Below, one piece after another: positions 38,872 through 47,001 of a DNA stretch of 64,000 nt (position 1 is its first letter; every line of letters starts with the position of its first letter). A program made the translations under genes and the position numbers. Under the pieces are notes generated by a model. The model worked only from the letters and a program-made list of their open reading frames with translations, ran no database searches and had not been told where the DNA came from. This stretch comes from an uncultured Sphingorhabdus sp. Lineage in GTDB: Bacteria; Pseudomonadota; Alphaproteobacteria; Sphingomonadales; Sphingomonadaceae. The stretch lies in NCBI GenBank assembly GCA_964022345.1, contig CAXHZT010000003.1, forward strand, positions 45,365 through 109,364, read 5' to 3'.

Positions 38872-38983
38872 ATTTGCCGGTCTCGAACCCGGATCAACCG
38901 GCTATCGTCATTTTCGTAGACAATTTTACATCTTTGTCGAAAGCCAGTTGAGGAAATTGCATTCCGGCCCCTAGCTTGGCGCT

Positions 38984-40024
38984 ATGGTATATTCGGCATC
39001 CACCGGTTTGACGATCTCTGCTCAGTTTCTATACCGTGCTTATCTGGGCTGCTATGCGCTGCAGGCGCGCAAGCCCAATCTTCTGACCGCGCTGGAATGT
39101 TCCGAAGCGGAGTTGCGTGATCCCGGTTATCAACTCGGTGATGGTTCTGTCGCCGATCTCTGTGCGGCAGCCCAGGGCGAGCTGGGCCGGCTGGATATAC
39201 ATTCTGCAATTGCCAGAAATATGGTGCCGCGCGGGTTCTCCGACCTGGGTTTTTCGGCATTTTTTCAGCCTACTTTCGGCGAGGCGCTGGTCCAGCTTGT
39301 CGCCGAGCAGCGTCTCGGAGGCGAAAAACCGATGGTCAGGCACATGCCGCTTCCCAGCGGAGACCGCCTGATATGGAATCAGGATATCGCGGCGTCCCCG
39401 GATCTGATCCACATCGTGTTCGCACTCATCTACTATTTTGGTGAAGCATTGACGGACGGATGCAGCAAAAGCGTGAAGGCAGTGCATTTCGCGCACGCCC
39501 GGCCCGAGGGCTTCAGAGCCTTTCCGCAAGGGCGCTCGAACAATGATGCGATCCCGTGCCATTTCAATCGACCGTCGACCTATCTCGAATATCATCCGTT
39601 CGTGATGATGATGCCTACACGGCGGGACAATCCGGCGATTGTTTCGGCGGCCAGAAAACAGAAAGCGTCTTTTGCGCGCAGCCGATTCGAACGGGAGAAT
39701 CACACCAAGCTGATGTACGAATATCTGCTATATCTGCTCGATAAGTCGGGCCTCAGCCTTGATGGAGCGGCAGCAACATTCGGCATGGCCGAGCGCACTT
39801 TGCGGCGCAAACTGGTGGCAGAAGGCATATCCTACCGGCAATTGCTGGAACAGGTGCGGCGCGATACATGCCAGCTCTATTTTCTCGAGGGTACGCGGAG
39901 TCTTTCGGAGATAGCAGCAAAGCTGGGTTACAGCGAACTGAGCGCCTTCACCCGCGCTTATACAAGCTGGTACGGGCATCCGCCAAGCCAGGATACAGGT
40001 GTGGCGGCAGCCCTGGCCGCTTGA
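38984..40024 (+). CDS. AraC family transcriptional regulator
   Basis: A C-terminal dual HTH (ERTLRRKLVAEGISYRQLLEQVRRD...LGYSELSAFTRAY..W.G..P) and an N-terminal ligand-binding-like domain. Confidence 0.8.
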   Translation: MVYSASTGLTISAQFLYRAYLGCYALQARKPNLLTALECSEAELRDPGYQLGDGSVADLCAAAQGELGRLDIHSAIARNMVPRGFSDLGFSAFFQPTFGEALVQLVAEQRLGGEKPMVRHMPLPSGDRLIWNQDIAASPDLIHIVFALIYYFGEALTDGCSKSVKAVHFAHARPEGFRAFPQGRSNNDAIPCHFNRPSTYLEYHPFVMMMPTRRDNPAIVSAARKQKASFARSRFERENHTKLMYEYLLYLLDKSGLSLDGAAATFGMAERTLRRKLVAEGISYRQLLEQVRRDTCQLYFLEGTRSLSEIAAKLGYSELSAFTRAYTSWYGHPPSQDTGVAAALAA

Positions 40025-40043
40025 ACAGAAAATGTCTGGAAAA

Positions 40044-40118
40044 TGGTGGGCGTAGAGAGAGTTGAACTCCCGACCCCTTCGATGTCAACGAAGTGCTCTA
40101 CCACTGAGCTATACGCCC
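40044..40118 (-). tRNA. tRNA-Val (anticodon GAC)
   Basis: The reverse complement folds by hand:
- acceptor GGGCGTA/TACGCCC
- D arm GCTC..GAGC
- anticodon stem CTTCG/CGAAG with loop TTGACAT
- T arm with GTTCAACTC
- encoded CCA. Confidence 0.95.
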
Positions 40119-40161
40119 ACACTGGAGGCCCTCTAGCCAGCCGCTTCGGCTGGCGCAAGGC

Positions 40162-40539
40162 CTAATTCAGGTCACTGATGCTGTCCGGTTCGAACAGCCG
40201 GTCTACCTCCAAAACAAGATCGCGCAAATGAAAGGGTTTTGACAATATTTTTGCCTTCGGAACCGCCTCGCCGGCGCGCAACGTAACGCCCGAAAATCCG
40301 GTAATGAACATGACCTGGGTTTCGGGGCAGACAGCGGCGCAATGCTGTGCCAATTCGATCCCATCCATTTCGGGCATGACAATATCGGTCAGAAGCAGAT
40401 CAAATTTCTCCGAGTTGAGCAGCGGGACGGCTGCTGTTCCGCGGTCCACGGCGACAACTTCATAGTTGGCTTTCTTGAGAGCCCGTGTAAGATGCTCACG
40501 CATCGCCTTTTCATCTTCCGCGAGGAGAATCCTGATCAT
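40162..40539 (-). CDS. cpdR: Single-domain response regulator CpdR
   Basis: RILLAEDE..., LLLTDIVMPEMDGIELA, VMFITGF and KILSKPFHLRDLV closely parallel Caulobacter CpdR as I recall it. Confidence 0.85.
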   Translation of the reverse strand: MIRILLAEDEKAMREHLTRALKKANYEVVAVDRGTAAVPLLNSEKFDLLLTDIVMPEMDGIELAQHCAAVCPETQVMFITGFSGVTLRAGEAVPKAKILSKPFHLRDLVLEVDRLFEPDSISDLN

Positions 40540-40674
40540 TTTTTCGCGCCTTCCTGAATATGCCTGATCACAGGCAGGCTGTTATGCCGAGACCGGCACA
40601 TAAGTGCAAACCGGTTAATTTTTTACGGAAATCGAAGAATTTTTGCTCTGTGGAAGGCGATCCGGGAGGCTGTC

Positions 40675-41565
40675 ATCCCGGATCATGACGATTTAACCGG
40701 CGCTTCCCCTGCTGAACCGCTTTTCACCCTGTCCAACGTCGACAGTCTGCGGTTTCCGATACTGATCGGCGTCCCGCACGCCGGACGAGTCTATCCGCCA
40801 CAGCTTCTCGACAATCTGAATGTTTCGCCATCACACCTGCTGCGTCTGGAGGACCGCTATGTGGATCGGCTGGCGGCCTCGGCCATGGCTGCCGGTATCC
40901 CGGCAATTATTGCCCGCAAACCCCGCGCATGGGTTGATCTCAATCGAAACCGCAAGGAAATCGATCCCGATATGATTGCTGGCATGGACCCGGAGCACGT
41001 CCCGCAAATCAGCCAGAAGGTGAGAGGGGGACTGGGCCTGTTGCCACGCCGGTTACACGGAGCCGGGGACCTGTGGCGCAACAAGTGGCAGCACCAGCAT
41101 ATTACGGACCGGATAGAACAGGATCACGAGCCTTATCACCAGAAAGTCGCGGCGATGCTCGAGCAGATAAGGGCAACATTCGGTTGCGCTCTTCTTCTCG
41201 ATCTGCACAGCATGCCTCCGGTATTTGACGATAGTCGCCGGAAAATCGGCTTTGTCATCGGCGACCGTTTCGGCAGAAGCTGCGAGTCGCGATATGCTGA
41301 ACTGGCGGCCGTCCATTTCCGGACGGCGGGGTTTCATGTCCAGACCAACCATCCCTATCCCGGCGGCTATATTCTGGAGCGGCATGGTAAGCCTGATCGC
41401 AACATTCATGCCTTTCAGCTGGAAGTCGATCGATCCCTGTATCTTGATCACGACATGCGGGAGCCTGTTGCCGCTGCGGAAAATATCGCCGCGCTGATTC
41501 GCGACTGCTGTATCACCCTCTCCGAACAATTGTCCGGCGGTTATCAGTCCGAAGCGGCGGAATAA
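40675..41565 (+). CDS. N-formylglutamate amidohydrolase family protein (start codon unresolved)
   Basis: The FGase core (HSMP etc.) lies in the track ORF 40861-41565. However, the conserved N-terminal PILIGVPHAGRVYP is encoded in-frame upstream (40756-40797), where no ATG/GTG/TTG exists back to the stop at 40555. ATC at 40675 has GGGAGG 5 nt upstream. Confidence 0.7.
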   Translation: MPDHDDLTGASPAEPLFTLSNVDSLRFPILIGVPHAGRVYPPQLLDNLNVSPSHLLRLEDRYVDRLAASAMAAGIPAIIARKPRAWVDLNRNRKEIDPDMIAGMDPEHVPQISQKVRGGLGLLPRRLHGAGDLWRNKWQHQHITDRIEQDHEPYHQKVAAMLEQIRATFGCALLLDLHSMPPVFDDSRRKIGFVIGDRFGRSCESRYAELAAVHFRTAGFHVQTNHPYPGGYILERHGKPDRNIHAFQLEVDRSLYLDHDMREPVAAAENIAALIRDCCITLSEQLSGGYQSEAAE

Positions 41566-41580
41566 GCGGGGTTTCAAATG

Positions 41581-41612
41581 AAAAAAACCACCTCGCCGTA
41601 TCGGCGAGGTGG
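41581..41612 (-). terminator. Rho-independent terminator (minus strand)
   Basis: A perfect 10-bp stem ccacctcgcc/ggcgaggtgg (41588-41597 / 41603-41612) followed on the minus strand by T7 (41581-41587). Confidence 0.7.
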
Positions 41613-41759
41613 CCAAGGTTCAGGGAGGTGGCATTTCGGAGAAATGCCTGTATCGGCCCAATCGGGGGATGAAGACCGATACAATAGATAATGTGGGCGC
41701 TTCTGCAGCGACTTGCAAGACCCTGAGCCGGGAAAATTATTCCCCCGTCTGTAAGCTAT

Positions 41760-41786
41760 GGCCGGGCGGCTTTAAACCGCCCGGCC
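41760..41786. terminator. GC hairpin immediately downstream of sapC
   Basis: A perfect 10-bp stem ggccgggcgg/ccgcccggcc with a 7-nt loop and no clear T-run on either strand. Confidence 0.4.
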
Positions 41787-41792
41787 GAGCAA

Positions 41793-42578
41793 TCACAATT
41801 GGACGGATGGCGCTTCGGTAACCTGCGGCATTTTTCCTGCGCTTACCTGTTTTGCAAAGACTTCGCGCATAAGCTGCAACGAGAAAAGATGTGCGTAGAT
41901 CAAGGGCAAAATGCCGTTCTGGTTGATCTTGCGAAGCTCGTCACCGCGCATATCGCGGAGCTTTTCCTCGTTGACCATCTTGAATCCGCGATAGACAAAT
42001 GGCTTTTCAACATCCGTTTGCTGGATCGATACTTCGCCATCCATCAGGAGGCCCAGCTTTTCCAGTTCGGCGACAAACTGGCCAGTCCGCTGTCCGGCCT
42101 GTTCAAACTGTTCGCAGAAATTGAGGATGTTCTTTGTGGTTTCGCTGGGTTGATCCCCGTCGAACAGAGTATCGCCTTCCTTATAGTCGCCGATCGCGTC
42201 GGTTGTCGGATCGAAGCAGAGCGAAAGTTCGTCTGCATCCGGACGCAATTTTGCCAGCATGAAAGGATAGCGGCGGACATAGGCAGGAACATAGGCGGGT
42301 TCGCTGAACTGGCCTTCGTCATTCATGAACGTATTCACGCCCTCGTTGAGGCCCATCAGGATCAGCGGCACACTGTTTTCGCCTACCGAGAAGACGATCG
42401 GATAGTTGCGCGCGGCATTGGCGAATTCGTCAATGGTAATCGGAATGGCGTGCTGCGACTGCATGAAGGATGCATTGTCCAGCCCTTTGACTTTCCATTT
42501 TCCATGTTCTTTGGAATTGAGCGGAACAAGATCCTTGTAGAACATTGGTAACGCTTGCGCTTGCGGCGTGCTCGCCAT
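41793..42578 (-). CDS. SapC family protein
   Basis: 261 aa. F.PL......H..W.........FA......PI...EF..AA..YPIVF and RRYPF are typical of SapC (recalled, not searched). Confidence 0.8.
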   Translation of the reverse strand: MASTPQAQALPMFYKDLVPLNSKEHGKWKVKGLDNASFMQSQHAIPITIDEFANAARNYPIVFSVGENSVPLILMGLNEGVNTFMNDEGQFSEPAYVPAYVRRYPFMLAKLRPDADELSLCFDPTTDAIGDYKEGDTLFDGDQPSETTKNILNFCEQFEQAGQRTGQFVAELEKLGLLMDGEVSIQQTDVEKPFVYRGFKMVNEEKLRDMRGDELRKINQNGILPLIYAHLFSLQLMREVFAKQVSAGKMPQVTEAPSVQL

Positions 42579-42629
42579 AGTCAGATTCTCCGAAAAATTA
42601 CTGTTGAAACCGAATAGTTGACATGCGCT

Positions 42630-44078
42630 TTAAGAGCCAGACTGGCCGGACGCAAGGGGAACGAGTTTGCCTGGGTTCATAATGTTCTTCGGATCAATCG
42701 CCGTTTTTATCGCGCGCAGCATGGAGAGGCGGGCGTCAGAGGAAAGCCGTTCCAGTTCCATGCGCTTGTTCTGCCCGATTCCATGCTCTGCCGAAATCGA
42801 TCCTCCGGCTGCGATCACGAGGTCGTGGACCAGCGGCGTGATTTTTTCGGCATAGTCTTCCATCCAGGTCTCAGGCGGCGCGCCGGGCGGTGCTTTGACA
42901 TGAAAATGGACATTTCCGTCTCCCATATGGCCAAAAGCTGCAACTTCGGTCCCGGGGAAGCGGGCTTCGATGACAGGAGAGGCCTCGTCGATAAACCGCG
43001 CCATGCCCGGAACGGGAACGCTGATGTCGTGCTGCAGGGCCGGACCGTTCGCACGTTCTGCCTCGGAAATGGAGTCGCGGATTTTCCAGAAATCCTCCGC
43101 CTGCTGTTCGTTGGCCGCCAGCGTTGCATCTTCGACCAGTTGCCGTTCCATTGCTTCGGCAAGAAGATTTTCGGCGATCATCCTCGGGTCTTCCGCCTCG
43201 GGCCGGTCACGGATGATCTCTATAAGGACATGCCATTGGTGCCGGCCCTCCAATGGCGACCGGGTACCGGGAATGTGGCGCAGGACGGATGCCAGGCAGC
43301 TGTCGGGAATGATTTCGAAGCCTTCCAGGGATTGCGCTGTCCGGCTGTTGAGAAACCGGAACAGATCATAGGCCGCAGATGTGCTGTCCACCGCGGCCCA
43401 GGCGACGCATCGGTCGACAAGGGCTGGCACGGTTTTCAAGGTCGCTGCGGTAACAATGCCCAGCGTGCCTTCGCCGCCCACGAACAATTGTTTGAGATCA
43501 TAGCCCCGATTGTCCTTTTTCAGCGCGGACAATCCGTCGAAGATACTGCCGTCTGGCAATACCGCTTCGATTCCGGCGACCAGCGAGCGCATGGTTCCGT
43601 GGCGCAATACCTGCGTTCCGCCGGCGTTGGTCGAAACAAGGCCGCCGACCGTGGCAGACCCTTTGCCGCCGAGGGTCAGCGGGAATCTCTGTCCCTTTTC
43701 AGCCAGGGCCTCGTGCAGATTTTGCAGAATGACCCCGGCGTCGCAGACGACTTGCTGATCTTCCGCCTGGATTGCCCGGATTTTGTTCATCCGCCGGAGA
43801 GACAGGATTATGGACCGTCCGCTGGGATCCGGGGTGGCTCCGCCGACCATGCCGCTATTGCCACCCTGTGGCACGACGGCAATTTCGTTTTCATTTGCGA
43901 TTTTCAGTATCGCGGCTGTCTCCCGCGTGTCCGCCGGGGACAGCATTGCTGCCGCGGCGCCGGTATAGCGACCGCGCCAGTCCGTGAGCCAGGGTGCCAT
44001 ATCGTCGCTGGCGTCGGTAAAGCCCTTTTTGCCGACAGCAGCGAGCATTTGTTCCCGCCATTGGTCTGTTTTCGGCAT
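42630..44078 (-). CDS. FAD-binding oxidoreductase (GlcD / D-2-hydroxyacid dehydrogenase family)
   Basis: FAD_binding_4 motifs (VVPQGGNSGMVGG, DNRGYDLKQLFVGGEGTLGIVT) and a C-terminal FAD-oxidase_C domain (HGIGQNK). The start is set at the ATG at 44078 (MPKTDQW). Confidence 0.9.
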   Translation of the reverse strand: MPKTDQWREQMLAAVGKKGFTDASDDMAPWLTDWRGRYTGAAAAMLSPADTRETAAILKIANENEIAVVPQGGNSGMVGGATPDPSGRSIILSLRRMNKIRAIQAEDQQVVCDAGVILQNLHEALAEKGQRFPLTLGGKGSATVGGLVSTNAGGTQVLRHGTMRSLVAGIEAVLPDGSIFDGLSALKKDNRGYDLKQLFVGGEGTLGIVTAATLKTVPALVDRCVAWAAVDSTSAAYDLFRFLNSRTAQSLEGFEIIPDSCLASVLRHIPGTRSPLEGRHQWHVLIEIIRDRPEAEDPRMIAENLLAEAMERQLVEDATLAANEQQAEDFWKIRDSISEAERANGPALQHDISVPVPGMARFIDEASPVIEARFPGTEVAAFGHMGDGNVHFHVKAPPGAPPETWMEDYAEKITPLVHDLVIAAGGSISAEHGIGQNKRMELERLSSDARLSMLRAIKTAIDPKNIMNPGKLVPLASGQSGS

Positions 44079-44251
44079 ATTGATGCTCCCGCTCTCTGGT
44101 GCCATAAGGCCGCTGTCCGATCGACACTTCACTTTTACCGAGGAGCGGCGTCAGCTAGGTCGCCGCCAGGCAATAAGGAATGGCAAATTCTAAGTTCATG
44201 CAATATTCAAACGCTACTGATATAGCGATCGCAAGAGTTAGTTAAGGGATT

Positions 44252-44755
44252 TTGGTGAGCCTGTCACTTACAGCGATATTGCTGCTCTCTGTACCAGAGA
44301 TAAGCGACATAGAGCCGGTAGACGTGTCTCCGGAGAGCGCAGCCGTGACCTATGTGCCGGAGCGCCCGACGGTGATTGCGCAACTCCGGATCGAAAAGCG
44401 CGTGATTATCCGGGTGCCGCGCAGGCGCCCCAATTCCCTGGCTCCGATGGCTGACTTTTCCCGGAAGAGCCCGCTGCCGAATTACCGGGAAAAGAAAATC
44501 GGCAAATGCGTGCCGATGAACAATATCCTGGGCGTGCAGATGTTTGCCGATGAATATCTTGATCTTGTAACCAAGGATCGGAAGCGCATCCGGATGCGGC
44601 TGGAAAAAAACTGTCAGGCACGTAATTTCTATTCCGGCTTCTATATGGAAAAATCGGAAGACGGCAAAATGTGCGCGAACAGGGATATCCTGCACTCGCG
44701 CACCGGAGCGAAATGCGAGATCGACCGATTCCGGGAACTTGTCCCGGAACGCTAG
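44252..44755 (+). CDS. Hypothetical protein (167 aa, 4 Cys, basic)
   Basis: Coding-like composition and a TTG start. I did not recognise a family. Confidence 0.5.
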   Translation: MVSLSLTAILLLSVPEISDIEPVDVSPESAAVTYVPERPTVIAQLRIEKRVIIRVPRRRPNSLAPMADFSRKSPLPNYREKKIGKCVPMNNILGVQMFADEYLDLVTKDRKRIRMRLEKNCQARNFYSGFYMEKSEDGKMCANRDILHSRTGAKCEIDRFRELVPER

Positions 44756-44825
44756 ACCAAGCGAGAAAGCTTGACAAATCCCGGATATACGATCATTGCC
44801 CGGCACAGCCCGAGAGGCTAAGACA

Positions 44826-44852
44826 GGATGCAAGGTTGCATCCTATATTTTT
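44826..44852 (+). terminator. Hairpin plus U-tract, terminator/attenuator 12 nt upstream of the helicase start
   Basis: A perfect 8-bp stem ggatgcaa-gg-ttgcatcc (44826-44843) followed by tatattttt (44844-44852). Confidence 0.5.
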
Positions 44853-44863
44853 CCGGAACCACT

Positions 44864-46249
44864 ATGAAATTTGCCGATATCGGCCTGTCTGAAGAACTGC
44901 TGAAATCCGTAGCCGAAGCTGGCTATGACGAACCGACGCCGATTCAGGCGCAAGCCATCCCTTCCGTCCTGATGATGAAAGATATCATCGGTATTGCCCA
45001 GACGGGCACTGGTAAAACGGCGAGCTTCGTGCTGCCGATGATCGACGTTCTGGCCCATGGCCGCTCGCGTGCGCGCATGCCGCGGTCCCTGATCCTCGAG
45101 CCGACCCGCGAACTGGCCGCTCAGGTTGCCGAGAATTTCGAGAAATATGGCAAAAACCACAATCTCAGCATGGCCCTGCTAATCGGCGGTGTTTCGATGG
45201 GCGACCAGATCAAGGCGCTGGAAAAGGGCGTCGATGTCCTGATCGCCACGCCCGGACGGTTGATGGATCTGTTTGATCGCGGACGTATCCTGATGTCGGG
45301 CTGTGAATTGCTGGTCATCGACGAAGCGGACCGGATGCTCGACATGGGCTTCATTCCCGATATCGAATCGATCTGCTCGAAACTGCCATCAACCCGCCAG
45401 ACGATGCTGTTCTCGGCGACGATGCCGCCGCCGATCAAGCGGTTGTCCGACCAGTTTCTCAACAACCCGAAATATATCGAGGTCTCGCGTCCGGCAACGG
45501 CCAATACCTCGATCGACCAGTCGCTGATAGAAGTCGCGCCAAAGGGCAAGCGCAAGCTGCTCGTCGACATTCTCGACAATGAGGGCGTCGAAACCGCGAT
45601 CATATTCTGCAACCGCAAGACCGAAGTGCGCGATCTGTGCCAGAGTCTGCGCAAGGACGGCTTTGATGCCGGGCAGATTCACGGCGACATGGACCAGAGC
45701 TCGCGTCTCGCCGAACTGGACCGGTTCAAGTCGGGCGAAATCAATATCTTGTGCGCCTCCGACGTTGCGGCCCGCGGGCTGGATATCAAGGGCGTCAGCC
45801 ATGTCATCAACTATGATATTCCATGGCATCCGGATGATTATATCCACCGGATCGGCCGGACCGGCCGCGCAGGCGCCACCGGCGTTGCGATAACCTTCAT
45901 TACCCGCAGCGATGCCGAGCATGTCGATAGTATCGAAAAGCTGACCGGCATGAAGATCGCCGTTCGCAAGGAACGCAAGGGCCCGCCAGCCGGGAAAACG
46001 GAAGAAAAAGCTTCGCCGAAAGCCAAGGCGCCACGGCAGAAAAAGCCGTCAGCCCAAGAAAAGCCGCGACAGGACGAGCCGGCCAAGCAGGACAGGCCGC
46101 AAAGGCAGGAAGACGCCCCGAAAAAGCCGGTGCGTGCCGAAAAGCCACGGAAAGAAAAGCCGCCTGTTGTTCAGGACGATAATGATGATGGCGAAGGCGG
46201 CTGGAATGGCCCGATGCCGAGCTTCCTCGGCGCCAAGCTGGGCCGCTAA
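44864..46249 (+). CDS. rhlE: DEAD-box ATP-dependent RNA helicase (RhlE-like) with a basic K/P/E-rich tail
   Basis: Q-motif region, AQTGTGKT, DEAD (VIDEADRM), SAT and HRIGRTGRAG. The start ATG at 44864 (MKFADIGL) was chosen over the track start. Confidence 0.92.
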   Translation: MKFADIGLSEELLKSVAEAGYDEPTPIQAQAIPSVLMMKDIIGIAQTGTGKTASFVLPMIDVLAHGRSRARMPRSLILEPTRELAAQVAENFEKYGKNHNLSMALLIGGVSMGDQIKALEKGVDVLIATPGRLMDLFDRGRILMSGCELLVIDEADRMLDMGFIPDIESICSKLPSTRQTMLFSATMPPPIKRLSDQFLNNPKYIEVSRPATANTSIDQSLIEVAPKGKRKLLVDILDNEGVETAIIFCNRKTEVRDLCQSLRKDGFDAGQIHGDMDQSSRLAELDRFKSGEINILCASDVAARGLDIKGVSHVINYDIPWHPDDYIHRIGRTGRAGATGVAITFITRSDAEHVDSIEKLTGMKIAVRKERKGPPAGKTEEKASPKAKAPRQKKPSAQEKPRQDEPAKQDRPQRQEDAPKKPVRAEKPRKEKPPVVQDDNDDGEGGWNGPMPSFLGAKLGR

Positions 46250-46256
46250 ATCGCTG

Positions 46257-46862
46257 CTATTGCAGGGTCAGGCTGTCGAGAACCGTTGACGCCAGCAGAT
46301 CGGTCGTTTCGGCCTGGTCTGCGGCGTAGGTCATCTCGGCGCGCACCATGGTGCCATCCGGTTTGCGCAACAGACGCAGGTTTGATTTCTGGCCGTTGAC
46401 CGAAATCCCGGAGGCGCGATATTCATTTTCGCCGACGGCAGCTCCGGTCATCGCTCCATTGCCATCCTCGACGGTCTGCACCGCTTTGCTCCAGGCTGCA
46501 TCCTCGCGGTTTTCCACCCAGCTGACGGCCAGTTTTGCGCCGGTTTCGCCATTGGTGAAGGTCTGGCCGTTGTCATCGCTATTTGCCTTGTCGGCGGTCC
46601 AGCCGCCCGGCACCATGATCGTGTAGCCGCGCAAGGCGTTGGTATAGCTGTCCAAAGTGGTGAGATCGATCGCGCCTGCTGCGTCACCACCCTCGGCGGC
46701 GGCCGCTTCGTCGCGGATCGCCTGGCTGGCAGCATCGGCTTGCCGCGCCAGTTCCTCGCTAGAGGGCACATCCCCCACAGCTTCCTGTTTTCCGCAGGCC
46801 GAAAGGAGCAGCGCAAGCGTTACGGTTGCGCTGACTGGAAGAATTGGAAGCATGTTTTTCAT
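46257..46862 (-). CDS. Hypothetical lipoprotein
   Basis: MKNMLPILPVSATVTLALLLSAC lipobox. I did not recognise a family. Confidence 0.55.
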   Translation of the reverse strand: MKNMLPILPVSATVTLALLLSACGKQEAVGDVPSSEELARQADAASQAIRDEAAAAEGGDAAGAIDLTTLDSYTNALRGYTIMVPGGWTADKANSDDNGQTFTNGETGAKLAVSWVENREDAAWSKAVQTVEDGNGAMTGAAVGENEYRASGISVNGQKSNLRLLRKPDGTMVRAEMTYAADQAETTDLLASTVLDSLTLQ

Positions 46863-46957
46863 AGGAGAAGACTTAAGGCTAGCGGGGGCAAACATCAATG
46901 GCGATGTTGGAGATCGGCCGGACCAGGCGCAGACCACCAATGTCCGAAAATGTCAAA

Positions 46958-46989
46958 TCCAACAGATTATCCAACAGGAATTCCAACAA
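46958..46989. promoter_or_regulatory. Three direct TCCAACA(G/A) repeats phased at exactly 12 bp
   Basis: tccaacag at 46958-46965, tccaacag at 46970-46977 and tccaacaa at 46982-46989. They lie upstream of the lipoprotein gene and just downstream of the EBP stop. Confidence 0.35.
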
Positions 46990-47001
46990 GATTCCCGAAA
47001 A

